A model generated the notes under the pieces. The model worked only from the letters and a program-made list of their open reading frames with translations. It was not told the origin of the DNA and did no database searches. The position numbers and the translations under genes were made by a program. This document shows, one piece after another, positions 30,195 to 40,596 of a stretch of DNA of 64,000 nt (positions within the stretch are counted from its first letter, which is position 1; the number at the start of each line of letters is the position of its first letter). The DNA is from Planctomycetota bacterium (GTDB taxonomy: Bacteria; Planctomycetota; UBA8108; SXIK01). The stretch lies in contig OZ244999.1 in NCBI GenBank assembly GCA_965223265.1, positions 3,488,001-3,552,000 on the forward strand, given 5' to 3'.

Positions 30195-31326
30195 CTACCG
30201 GGAGTCGCGGAAACCGACGCGATGAAAGACGATCGCAATGACATGTAGCCGGCCTCCGCAGCACGAGCAGAAGGGGTGTTCGGTGGGACTGTCCGTCGTC
30301 GTCGATGGCGCCGCCCTGGCTCCGTTCGCATCGGAATGAATCTGTGCGCCGTCGGCGGGAGGGTTCACTCTAGCGACAAAGACTCGCACCTCGTGGAGGG
30401 AGACGGCGCTTTGCGGACTGAGGAATCCGTAGTGACGCACCTTCTGTAGCCCCCGAGGTAGGACGTGCTGGAGGAAGCGGCGGATGAACTCCAGAGCATC
30501 GAGCTCCATGGTCCGCCACCGCCGACTGCCCGACTTCTTCCAGCGAAAGCGAACGCGACCATCGTCGCAGGAGACGATGCGGGCATTGGAGATCGCTACG
30601 CGAAAGACGTAGCGTGATAGATACGTGAGTGTCGACTCGCCGTCACCGACGGCGCGCGAGTCGGTGACGAAGTTCTCTGTCCACACCGCAGGCGCAATGT
30701 CCTTGAGAAGACCAGCCCGCTGCAGCTCGTGGCGGAATTTGGCGCGAAAGATCTTCGACAGCGCCTTGACCGGCACGAGAAAGTCGGGGCGCGAGGTGAT
30801 CCAGCTCGCACCATCGTCGCTCAAGCCGCCGGCCGGCACCAACACGTGCAGGTGCGGGTGATATGCCAACGCCCGTCCCCAAGTGTGCAGAACCGCGGTG
30901 AAGCCAAAGGCGCGCCGCACCGAGAAAGCGTGGATCGCGTGCGAGCTTCTGAAGCGATTCAGCGGCGGCGCGAAAGAGCGCCCGGTAGCAGGCACGCTGC
31001 TGCGAGCGCACGAAGGGTCGTAGCGTTGCGGGCAGAGTGAATGTAAGGAGAAAGTAGGGCACCTCGAGTCGATGCTGTAATTGCTCGGCGAGCCAGCGCA
31101 CGTTCTTGGAGGACTGACAGCCCGGACAATGGCGGTTGCCGCACGAGCGGGGCGTCCGGTGAGAGCGAGCGCAGCTCTCGCAGCGCCAGCGCACGTAACC
31201 CAGATCGCCAGTGCCACAGGCGCTCAGCAGCGCCAGGACACGACGGTGCTGCAGAGGCACGCTGGAACCGTGACACTCCAGATACTCCTCGCCATAGCGC
31301 GTGAAAATCTCCGCAAGCGACGCCAC
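30195..31326 (-). pseudogene. IS91-family (Y2 HUH) transposase, one frameshift near 30906
   Basis: Zn-binding CESC...SCGNRHCPGCQ, YFLLTFTLP, then frame switch to GFTAVLHTWG...YHPHLHVLV...YLSRYVFRVAISNARI...FLQHVLPRG; extra base in AAA run 30906-30908. Confidence 0.88.
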
Positions 31327-31332
31327 GGTGCG

Positions 31333-32241
31333 CTATTGGCCGGCGTTCGTCCTCGCCGCTTTGCCCTCCTCTGAGCGAGGGCGTACCATGAGCGCGTTGA
31401 TCGTCGCGTGGGCCTGCTCTTCGCCATCACGTGTAAGGTGCAGGTAGATCGACGTAGCCTTGAGCGACCTGTGGCCGAGGTACTTCTGGATAACACGGAG
31501 GTTGACACCAGCCTCGAGTAAGTGTGTCGCATAGCTGTGGCGCAGAGTGTGGGGCGAAACGCGTTTCTTGATGCCAAGCTGCGTGGCGACGCGACGCAAC
31601 GCTGCCTGAGCTGTCTTCCTCGACACGGGCTGCGTGGCCGATCGTCCCTGCTTGTCCCCGCGGCCGCGGGCGGGGAAAAGAAGTCGCGGGTTGCGATGCG
31701 TCTTCCAGTAGCGGCGCAGCGCTTCGAGAGTATCGGGGGGAAGCGGCACATAGCGGTCAGCGGCACCCTTGCCGCCACGAACGTGCACGAAAGAGCGTGC
31801 CGCGTCGACATCTCCCACTTCGAGCGAGATGCCCTCAGAGATCCTCAGGCCAAGGGAGTAGATCATCCAGAAGCAGGTGCGCCACTGCTGGCTGCAGGTC
31901 GCCGCGATGATCTCGTGAACCTCTTCGACGCTGAGGACGTCTGGCAGCTTGGATTCCTTCGGCGTTCGCAAATCCTCCAGCGTCTTCCAGTCGCGCGGCA
32001 CCGTGCGTCTGAAGAAAAATCTCAAAGCGCTGTAGGCGATTTTCAAGGACCCGATAGCGAACTGACGCTCGTGCCTGAGGTGGAAAAGATAGTCGCGGAC
32101 TTGAGTTTCCGAGAGCGTATCGGGAGACTTGTGATAGTGTTTCGCCAGCTGCCCGACGGCCCAAACGTAGACCCTGCAGGTACCGTCGGCGAGACCGGCA
32201 AGTTCCAGATCCTGGAGAAACTTTTGGCGAAGAGGCGTCAT
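31333..32241 (-). CDS. Tyrosine recombinase with N-terminal SAM-like domain
   Basis: MTPLRQKFLQDLELAG...Y; GLRISE, GGKGAADRYV, HTLRHSYATHLLE, LGH, TSIY; lacks the IntI-specific insertion. Confidence 0.93.
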   Translation of the reverse strand: MTPLRQKFLQDLELAGLADGTCRVYVWAVGQLAKHYHKSPDTLSETQVRDYLFHLRHERQFAIGSLKIAYSALRFFFRRTVPRDWKTLEDLRTPKESKLPDVLSVEEVHEIIAATCSQQWRTCFWMIYSLGLRISEGISLEVGDVDAARSFVHVRGGKGAADRYVPLPPDTLEALRRYWKTHRNPRLLFPARGRGDKQGRSATQPVSRKTAQAALRRVATQLGIKKRVSPHTLRHSYATHLLEAGVNLRVIQKYLGHRSLKATSIYLHLTRDGEEQAHATINALMVRPRSEEGKAARTNAGQ

Positions 32242-32424
32242 AGCGTGCTCCTTTCTGAGAGGTTGCTTTCTGCAGAAAGAGCATCATCGACGCCTCGACG
32301 CCTTTACGCCTCATCGAACGGGCCGCAGAGCGAGCACACCGGTGGCCCGAGGCGGCCGGCGATCGTCACCCAGAACGCCTGAACGAACCGGGCCTGCCGC
32401 GAAGCGGCTTCCTTGAACTCGAGG

Positions 32425-32871
32425 TTAAGAATGTCCGTCTCACGGTGAAGACTACCAGCAAATGTACGTGATTGGGCATCACGACGAAGTCGCCCATGTT
32501 GTAACGAACCCCATCGAAGTATAGCAAACTATCAGCGACGATCCTCGACAGCTCTGGACGCTGCAGAACGCAGGTTCCACAACCCTTGTCCAGGCTCTCC
32601 ATATACCGCTTCGCGAACCTCTCATGATACTCGGTGCGCTGTCGCGTCGTGAGGTTCCATGCTTTCTCTGAGAATCTCTCATGGTCTTCGAGATTCCGTG
32701 CTGTGAGAGCCACGTGTCACGGTCCTCGTACCATTGCCGTGCGATCTCCGTTGGGATGGAATCCTCGGTGCGAAATGTAATGAAGTAGGTTGCGGTCGGC
32801 TGAAACCAATGTGGAAGGTTGCCACCACCTGTCACGCGCACTTCAACTCTCGGGTCGAAAAGGTCAAACAT
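32425..32871 (-). pseudogene. N-terminal half of RAYT transposase (frameshifted)
   Basis: GNLPHWFQPTATYFITFRTEDSIP...LDKGCGTCVL...VVMPNHVHLL (HUH); frameshifts near 32680 and 32445. Confidence 0.88.
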
Positions 32872-32937
32872 GCAGAGCGATTTCGAAGACTTGCGATGAT
32901 TCACGTACTCGTGCGTGCCGTCCGGGCTCGCGGGGCG

Positions 32938-33112
32938 ACGGCACACGGCGTGTGCCTGCTACTTTACATACCGCTGCCGACTCGATCTTCAAGGTCGCAG
33001 ACACACACCGCTGTGTGTCGTCTGGCTTTCGCACGCCGAGGCAACGATACTTTAATGCCGCCGTCGTGCCTCACGGACACGTCCGGAACGGCACACGGCG
33101 TGTGCCTGCTAC
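32938..33112. repeat. REP cluster upstream of RAYT
   Basis: ACGGCACACGGCGTGTGCCTGCTAC at 32938-32962 and 33088-33112 (reverse complement of REP at 27137); degenerate inverted copy ~32994-33021. Confidence 0.85.
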
Positions 33113-33333
33113 TATAGACACGAGTCGACGCCAACACGTTCTTCGAAGTACAGAGACACGCCGGAGTGTGCCGCTCCGGACGTGAACCGACAGTGGACCG
33201 TGTCCGTGAGTTGCGACGGCACGCTCAAGAATCAACAGCCTCTCCGTGTACCGTTCCAGCGCTCGACCGTGACTGTGAGTTAAACTGGCACGCTCAAAGA
33301 ACTTCACAACCGCGAATGCGTCTGCGACTTCAG

Positions 33334-34194
33334 TCAAAACCCAGCCGGATCCAAGTCGCCCTTCACCGCAGCCACGCCGACGACGATAAGTTCCAGGTCG
33401 ACGTTGCCGTCGTTGATCAGAGACTGCGTCTCGCCGAGGAGGATCACAATCGCGTCGCCGGCCTTGAGCGTCGCTGTTTGACCGTCGACCTTGAGCTCAC
33501 CGCTCCCCTTCATGACGTAGAACACCTCCTCGACGCGCTCATGCTTACGCGCGCCACTCGACGCCCCCGGCGGGATCAAAACGTGGTCGACGTAGCTCCA
33601 GTTGGTTTGGAAAACGGCCGGACCGACGCCGCGTCGGTATTTGACAGCCCCTTTGCCGCCGTAGTAGCCGCGCTTTTCTTCAAGGCGCGCGGGGTCGAAG
33701 TACATGTGGACGAACACCGGCTTTGGGTCCAGGTTGACGCCGACCCGATCGTCGCCAAGATCAAACGCATCATACTTGCGCTTCTCGGGTGCTACCGCGA
33801 AGTTGAGGAAACGCGTCGGTTTGTTGGTTGGATTGTAGATCGCGTGCGATTGCCCCGCTTTGCACGGCACCGCGACCGGGCCTTTCAGCCGACTCGTGCG
33901 GCCGTTGATTGTGAACTCCGCCTCGTTGTCGAGGATGACGTACATCTCTTCAGTGCGGTGGTGGAAGTGGTGCCCGATGCCTGCCTTCGGGTCGAGCGTG
34001 GCCGCATGCAGGAAGAGAAAGTTCGTCTTCACCGGTGGGCGGTTCAGAAACTTGTCAAAGCGGAGCGTCCCGGCGCCGCCGTGAGCGTGCGGTGCGTCGC
34101 GGTATTTGGCAGGATCATTGTGGGCGATTCGGTCCTTGAGGGTTGCCGCGCCACCCAAAAAGACGAGCGCAGCGATGCAGACGACGATTTTCAT
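33334..34194 (-). CDS. Secreted bicupin-domain protein
   Basis: Signal peptide; GHHFHHRTEEMYVIL...HAIYN and RKHERVEEVFYVMKGSG cupin motifs. Confidence 0.8.
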   Translation of the reverse strand: MKIVVCIAALVFLGGAATLKDRIAHNDPAKYRDAPHAHGGAGTLRFDKFLNRPPVKTNFLFLHAATLDPKAGIGHHFHHRTEEMYVILDNEAEFTINGRTSRLKGPVAVPCKAGQSHAIYNPTNKPTRFLNFAVAPEKRKYDAFDLGDDRVGVNLDPKPVFVHMYFDPARLEEKRGYYGGKGAVKYRRGVGPAVFQTNWSYVDHVLIPPGASSGARKHERVEEVFYVMKGSGELKVDGQTATLKAGDAIVILLGETQSLINDGNVDLELIVVGVAAVKGDLDPAGF

Positions 34195-35489
34195 GAGTCT
34201 TCCTCGGTATCCTTGATGCGAAATAGCGTGCTTTCGGTCCGCAGGAATAGTGCGCCGTCGCTGACGGCTAGACTGGCAAGAGTGTATTCGTCAACGGAGT
34301 TGGTTGCGAGTAGCTCGAACGTCGTGCCGGCACGAATGACACTCGCTTCGCCATCTTCACTAAGAAAATAAATCCGCTCGGCGCCGTGAAGCGGGGCGGA
34401 GGTGTGGTTGCCGCCGATGCGCTCGCGCCAGTGCTCGTCACCAGTGCGTGCATCGAGACAAGTCGAGATGCCGTTGTCGCTGATGATGAAGAGCTCGTCA
34501 CCCACCACGAGCGGCGCGGCGTTTCTGGGTACGGTTGCGTCGCGCCGCCACTTCACGTGCGTCTCCGTAACGTCACCCGTGCCGCTCGGATCGATGGCCA
34601 TGAGCTGCGGGCGATCGTACCCAGTCGACATGAACACCAGTCCGTGGGCGTACACAGGACGCGGCACGACGGAATAGCCATTTCGTTCGTAGCCGACTCG
34701 CCAAATCTCTCGCCCGTCCTTGGGATCGTACCCACAGACATAGTCGGAGGCTGGCGACACCACCTGCGGCTCGTTGTTCACCTCGATCAGGAGAGGCGTG
34801 CAAAAGGCGAACCCTTTGCCTCGATTCTTCGGACGAGGGGTTTTCCAGCGAAGTTCACCGTCGCTGCGGTTAAGGGCCGCGATGAATTGGACGTCGCCGC
34901 CGTCGCAGCTGACGATGACGGCGTCGGAGGTCAGCACCGGGGAACTACCGCTGCCATGCACAGGGTTGTAGACGAGGATTTGCGTCTTCCAAACGATGTT
35001 GCCGTTGAGATCAAGACATGCGGTGCCGTTGGTTCCGAAGTGTACGTAGATCTTTCCGGCGTCGATCACCGGAGTCGGGCTGGCGTGGCTGTTCTTTTTG
35101 TGGACCCGTTGCTTTTCCTGGTCGAATACTTTGACGTTCCACACGGTTTCGCCGCTCATTTCTTCAAGCGCCAGGACGCGAAGAGCTTGGGGGCCGTCTG
35201 AGTCGTCTGTGGTTGGCACGGCCGTCGTCAGGAAGACACGACCGGATGTGATGACCGGTGACGACCAAGCCTTGCCTGGAATCTCACGGTTCCACGCGAC
35301 ATTTTCCGTGCGGCTCCACTTGAGAGGCAAGGTTTCGTCAGCAGCGTGTCCCTGCCCGGTCGGACCCCGGAACTGTGTCCAGTCTCCCGCGACAATCTGG
35401 AGAAACTGAGCTGGCGCAATGAGCGAAAGCGCGAAGACGAGCGTGTACGAAAGTGGCTGCAGGTGCGCTGGTGGCGAAGATTGCGACAT
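34191..35489 (-). CDS. PQQ-like beta-propeller (BamB-like) protein
   Basis: DWTQFRGPTGQGH, LPLKWS..ENVAW, GKAWSSPV, repeated LD..G...W. Confidence 0.88.
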   Translation of the reverse strand: MSQSSPPAHLQPLSYTLVFALSLIAPAQFLQIVAGDWTQFRGPTGQGHAADETLPLKWSRTENVAWNREIPGKAWSSPVITSGRVFLTTAVPTTDDSDGPQALRVLALEEMSGETVWNVKVFDQEKQRVHKKNSHASPTPVIDAGKIYVHFGTNGTACLDLNGNIVWKTQILVYNPVHGSGSSPVLTSDAVIVSCDGGDVQFIAALNRSDGELRWKTPRPKNRGKGFAFCTPLLIEVNNEPQVVSPASDYVCGYDPKDGREIWRVGYERNGYSVVPRPVYAHGLVFMSTGYDRPQLMAIDPSGTGDVTETHVKWRRDATVPRNAAPLVVGDELFIISDNGISTCLDARTGDEHWRERIGGNHTSAPLHGAERIYFLSEDGEASVIRAGTTFELLATNSVDEYTLASLAVSDGALFLRTESTLFRIKDTEEDS

Positions 35490-35522
35490 GGGTGCTCTCT
35501 GTGGCTAGAAGAAAACCAGGAC

Positions 35523-38054
35523 TCAGTGCTGGAAAAGAAACTCTTTGGCGTTGAGCAGAGACCAGCACAAGTCTTCAAATGCCTCGCGTCGACTTGCCTG
35601 CGCGGTGACGTAGTCCACCGCGTTCTTCACTTCTTTCCCCGACGGCAACCGACCGAACGCCGCCAAGTAGAATTCTGTCACCAGTTCGTCGTCGCTCTGC
35701 TTGGAGGCTAACAACCTGGAGATCCGATTGCCCTCGTCCCGAAGTTTTCGGCGCACCACCTCACCGTTGACCATCTCGAGCGCCGCCGCCAGACTCGCGT
35801 CACCCGTTCGTTCGCATTCGCAAGAGCTTTCACGAGAAGGCTGACCGAACACCTTAAGAAAATCGTGCGAAGCAACAGGGCTCGGCGTCTGCGCGGCGCG
35901 AATCCCTGCAGGAAGGCCCGCGAATGACTCTGGCACTTCCGTGACGGTGCAGATCGCGTCGAGGAGCTGCTCCGCAGAGAGGAGTCGTGCATACGCTCGT
36001 GAAAAGTACTTCTCGTCGTGCCCATTGAATCGATTCGCGCGACTCGAAAGCTGGTAGACGCGACTGTGGAGGATCTCACGGAGGATCGATCTGCGATCGT
36101 AGCCGCGCTCGACAAAAGCATCGGCCAAGTATTCCAGCAGCTCTTCGTGTGCCGGCGGGTTCGAGCTACGAAAGTCATCGACAGGCTCGACGATACCGCG
36201 GCCGAAAAGGTGTCCCCAAATGCGATTGACTTCGACCTTAGCGAAGTACGGATTCGACGGCTCCTGAAGCCAGTCGACGAATGCGCGGCGGCGATCGCCA
36301 CCTGGAGGAACGTCGAAGTCCTCGTGCCCGGGCACCCAAGGCGCGGCGACAACACCGGTCCGCGGCTGCGTCACCTCGCCGGTTCTGGATTGCCAGACGA
36401 CGAGCTCAGACGCCGCCGGTTTCTGCTTGCTCTGGAGGCGCCCAAAGACCGCCGCAATCCCGTAGTAGTTGTCCTGCGTCCAGCGATCGAACGGATGGTT
36501 GTGGCACTTGGCGCACTGAATACGAATGCCGAGAAAAACTTGCGACGTCGCTTCGGCACACTCGGACGGGGACGGCAAGGCGCGAAAATAGTTGGCCGCG
36601 GGGGATGCGAACGTGCTGCCTTCGGCAGTCAAGAGCGCCCCAGCGAATTCATCGTACGGGACGTTGCGCCGAACCGAAGCGACGAGCCAGCGGTGAAACT
36701 TGTGAACACCGGGTGGGGACATCTTCCCCGGTTGAAGACGGAGCAGGTCAGCCCATTTGAGAGCCCAGAACTCCGCGTACTCCGGACGCGCAAGGACGTG
36801 ATCGATCAGATGCGAACGCTTCTCGGGGTCCTGGTCGGCGAGAAACGATCGCGTCTCAAAAGTCGTCGGCAGGATTCCCAAGACATCCAAGAAAAGACGA
36901 CGAATGAATTCCGCGTCCGTACAGAGCGTCGATGGCAAGATATTGAGCAGTCGTAGCTTCTCGAAAACAATGCGGTCGATCGGTTGCGAGGTCTCGACTG
37001 GAGTCCAGGTGAATCCGTCGACGTCCCGCAGCGACATCACAAGCGACGTCTCTGTATGATCTTGAAAGCTCGCTGTGACTGCCGCCTCGCCGCGAGTCTG
37101 TACCTCAATGAGGCCATGTGCGTTGACCGTGGCGACGTTGTCATCCGAGCTCGAAAACACCGCCAGGGGCGTCACATCGCGTACGGACTCATCGGAAAAG
37201 TGGGCCAGCACGGAGAGTTGCTGTCGCCGCGCAGGAAAATGGAAGATGCGCCGGCGCGGGTAAACCTCAATGCTCACGCAGCGAGGCGTTCCGGGCGCGT
37301 CCGGACGGCAACCGGCCGCGATCCAGTCTTCGACGACACGGTACGCGGCGTCGCTCGCCTGTAGTCGTTTGCCGCCGCCGTGAGGCACGCCTTGAGTCCC
37401 CTTGAGGAGAATCAAACTCGCCGCCAAGCGCAGCGTGTGACTGCGCCTGGCGAACGCGTCGCGCGTCAACGTCATCTCGTCACTCGCTGGATCGTACCCC
37501 CGCAAAGAAAGACGAAAGCCCCCCTTGCCGTTGGGGGAACCGTGACAGGCGCCCGAGTTGCACCCCTGCTTTGTCAGAGCCGGGAGCAGCCCGTATTCAA
37601 ACGGAACCGTGTCGGGTTCGGCGACCGACTTCACCACGACGGGCACTCTGACGATGGCCCCCGCGGCCTCGACGGCGACTGTTGTCTCGCCCGGCGCGCG
37701 AGGCTCGGCTCTGCGTCCAGTCATTCGAACGACTGAGGGATCGTCGCTCTCAAATCGCGCAACTTGTGTGAGATCACGCACGACACCGTCGCGCCTGGTG
37801 GCCGTAACGACGAGGTGAGCTCGTGAACGCTGGTTTTGTAGGACCACTCGAGAAGGAAACACCTGCAGCGTGATGGGCTCCGGAGATGACTTCGAATCTA
37901 CCGTCTCGCTGGTGGTGTCGGCGTCACTGCCGCTGACCATCTGATGCGGCAGCACAAGGGCAAGCGGGCTACAAACGACCAGAGCGATCGCGGCATGCGA
38001 AATAGGGCGACATGCCGCGGAACGCGAGTCAAAGCGGCGAACGAAGGAAGGCAT
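35523..38054 (-). CDS. DUF1549/DUF1553 protein with Ig-like domains
   Basis: GCNSGACHG..GKGGFRLSLRGYDP, FWALKWADLLR, CAKCHNHPFDRW, SSCECER, EFLFQH. Confidence 0.9.
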   Translation of the reverse strand: MPSFVRRFDSRSAACRPISHAAIALVVCSPLALVLPHQMVSGSDADTTSETVDSKSSPEPITLQVFPSRVVLQNQRSRAHLVVTATRRDGVVRDLTQVARFESDDPSVVRMTGRRAEPRAPGETTVAVEAAGAIVRVPVVVKSVAEPDTVPFEYGLLPALTKQGCNSGACHGSPNGKGGFRLSLRGYDPASDEMTLTRDAFARRSHTLRLAASLILLKGTQGVPHGGGKRLQASDAAYRVVEDWIAAGCRPDAPGTPRCVSIEVYPRRRIFHFPARRQQLSVLAHFSDESVRDVTPLAVFSSSDDNVATVNAHGLIEVQTRGEAAVTASFQDHTETSLVMSLRDVDGFTWTPVETSQPIDRIVFEKLRLLNILPSTLCTDAEFIRRLFLDVLGILPTTFETRSFLADQDPEKRSHLIDHVLARPEYAEFWALKWADLLRLQPGKMSPPGVHKFHRWLVASVRRNVPYDEFAGALLTAEGSTFASPAANYFRALPSPSECAEATSQVFLGIRIQCAKCHNHPFDRWTQDNYYGIAAVFGRLQSKQKPAASELVVWQSRTGEVTQPRTGVVAAPWVPGHEDFDVPPGGDRRRAFVDWLQEPSNPYFAKVEVNRIWGHLFGRGIVEPVDDFRSSNPPAHEELLEYLADAFVERGYDRRSILREILHSRVYQLSSRANRFNGHDEKYFSRAYARLLSAEQLLDAICTVTEVPESFAGLPAGIRAAQTPSPVASHDFLKVFGQPSRESSCECERTGDASLAAALEMVNGEVVRRKLRDEGNRISRLLASKQSDDELVTEFYLAAFGRLPSGKEVKNAVDYVTAQASRREAFEDLCWSLLNAKEFLFQH

Positions 38055-38059
38055 CGCGT

Positions 38060-40269
38060 TCAGACCCTCACGTCTTCGTTGCGCGGGCGATGGGTGTACG
38101 AAAGATCTGCTGCGAAGATGCGCACGAGGGCGAAATCATCGCCGTGATCCGACGGCTGGGCTGCCTGCTGCTCGATGACGATCGCAACGCCGAGGCCGCG
38201 CCCAACTGCGAAGTTTCGCCCAGGCTTTCCCGAATCGAGATCAGTCTTGAGCTCGAACCGACTTGGTCCCGCGCCCTTTGGGTCGAGAAAAGCCGGTCGC
38301 ACCTCCTGCGTTGCGAGGGTCGTCGCCAGCATCGGGTTCTTCGTCGATTCACTGTAGCGATAAAGGATCAGTTGCATCTTGAACTCGTCGGCAAAGACGC
38401 GTTCGAAGAAGTGCCTAGAGCTACCGTCTCCGCAGCACGCGACACGAAACGTGTACGTGCCGACGCGTGGGTTGCGGATTTCCTGTGCCAAAATTGCGCG
38501 TTTGATGAAGCCGTCCTTGCTGCCTGTGCTGACTTCGCGAGGATCGCTTCCGTCCCCTCCCGTCGAGAAAACGACGTGCGGTTCGCGTAACCGACTGATC
38601 CAACTATCAGCGAGAGAGGCTTCTGGGGAACTCAATGGCTCCAAAGATGTTTCCTGATTCAGCAAAGCCACACTGAACGGCCCCGTGGCGTCGTCATCCT
38701 CGATCGGTGTCGCACGCCATCCTTTAGGTCGTGAACCGAGGTCGACACGGCGCAGCGGCACAGGATCGCGAAATTCCGTGTTTAGCAGCGGCGCTGTGTT
38801 GAGCGAACCGAGCCGCGCGACGTCGCCTTCGGGTTCGCAGCGCTGCGTTGTCGCCGGCGCATCGCCGAGGAGCGTGTAGAGCGGTTCGCCCTCCGTCAGT
38901 TGCAACTCGCGGTCTTCGCGATCGCGAAACTTGCTGCGATGATCGATGCCCAGTAGATGAAAGATCGTCGCGGTCAGATCCTGAGGCTCGACGCGGTCGC
39001 GCGTTGGGTAAGCGCCGTTGCGATCGCTGGCGCCGAACACTTGCCCGCCGGAAATTCCTGCTCCCGCAAGTGCCAAGCTAAACACAGCACCCCAATGATC
39101 TCGTCCAGCAATCGAGTTGATCCGCGGTGTCCGACCGAACTCACCGACGGCGACGACAAGAGTCTCCTCAAGGAGGCCACGCTGTTCGAGGTCATGAATC
39201 AGTGCCGTGAATCCCAAGTCGAATTGAGGGCAAAGTGCGTCTTCAAGACGATCCGCGTTCTGCGCATGCGTATCCCACATCGGGTTATCGACCGCACTGT
39301 CTCCGGGCTCGCGACTCCAGTTGACATGGACGAGGCGCACGCCGGCCTCTACGAGACGTCGGGCAAGCAAGACCGACTGACCCCATTCGCCGCGACCGTA
39401 GCGTTCGCGAACGTTCTTCGGTTCTTGACTGAGATCGAACGCTTTCCGGGCTCGGTCGGAAGTCAGGAGGTCGAGGGCCTGAGTCTGAAAACGATCGTAA
39501 ACGGCGACGGCGGCGCCACGCTCCAGTGCGCCGAAATGCTCGTCGATTTGCTCGAGGAGCGAGACGCGTCGCTTGAGCTGCAGCGGTGGTATGCCGGTTG
39601 GCCGGAGTCCGCGCACCTCGTAAGAGGGGAGGGAGGGATCGCCGAGAAACCGATCTGGCTCCCACTGCTTGCCGAGAAAGCCGGCGGTTTGACCGGCAGG
39701 GGTCACACCTTCGTTCAGGCGCATGATCTCCGGTAACCAGACGCTCGTGAGCGCCGGGATGTCATCGCTCGGACGCAGTTTCTTCACGAGTGAGCCGAAG
39801 TAAGGCCAGTCGGTCGGTTGAATCATGCGTGCGTTCGAGCCGCTGTACTTGTTCCCAGTGAGAACCCAGTAGGCGCTCGACGAATGAACGTTGTCGTTGG
39901 TGGACATCGATCGGATGACCGCCAGACGATCCGCGATTCGGGCCGTGCGCGGCAGGAGTTCACAAAAATGAATCCCGGAACGTTGGTGCGGATTGGGCGG
40001 AACGGACCGCGAATCTCTCGCGGCGCATCAGGCTTGGGATCAAACGTCTCGTGCTGCGGCGGTCCACCTTGAAGCCACAGGTAGATGACGTTCTTCGCGC
40101 GTCCGAACATGGTGCCGCCCGGCGTAGCAGGCGCTGACGTTTGGTCGGTCGAGGCACGCAGCAATTGCGGCAGACCGATTCCCAGAGTCGAAAGCGCGCC
40201 AACGCGCAGGATCTCACGTCGGCTGATTCTGTCGCACAGGCGGGTACTACGGCCTCGAATCGAAAGCAT
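38060..40269 (-). CDS. DUF1501 protein with C-terminal extension; single frameshift near 39977
   Basis: ISRREILRVG, YLWLQGGPPQHETFDPKP...TNVPG continues in another frame IHFCELLP...MSTNDNVHSSS...GEFGRTPRIN..GRDHW. Confidence 0.82.
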
Positions 40270-40596
40270 GGTGGCGGTGGCCCTCTCGTCAACATTCACA
40301 GACGGTTGGAATCGCTACGACACCGATCGCTTACATCTTAGCGAAGCCGGCGATTGTGGACAAGCTGGCGCACGGAGACCTTAGCCACGTTCCCGTGACT
40401 CTTCAGGACCACGCTTCAGGGCACAAAACTGACTACGGTCTCAACCAATCCCGATCTGTACCCGAGTGGCGGCGAAAAGTCGCCGGTGGCGACGACTTTC
40501 GCGTAGCCCCTTCGTCGCCTTCCATGAGAAGGCAACGAAGAGACAGAAAGAAAGAACCGACGCAACGAAACCGACGCGACAGGTTGATAGATTGCG

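Larger units (their letters stand above)
29856..32419 (-). mobile_element. Tyrosine recombinase + IS91-type HUH transposase element
   Basis: AACT direct repeat at 29852-29855 and 32416-32419; its removal restores the MITE-B right TIR; complementary terminal motifs 29896-29908 and 32406-32419. Confidence 0.82.
27652..32424. mobile_element. MITE-B (~220 bp when reconstituted), both TIRs interrupted by other elements
   Basis: After removing the intron and the Int/IS91 unit: left CTCGAGTTTGGCCGATTCGCG, right (reverse complement) CTCGAGTTTGGCCATTTCGCG; body 29652-29855 non-coding. Confidence 0.75.

Noticed and set aside
31333-32241. Integron integrase IntI
   Set aside because: Lacks the IntI-specific insertion between EALRRY and LFP; no attI or cassette array adjacent
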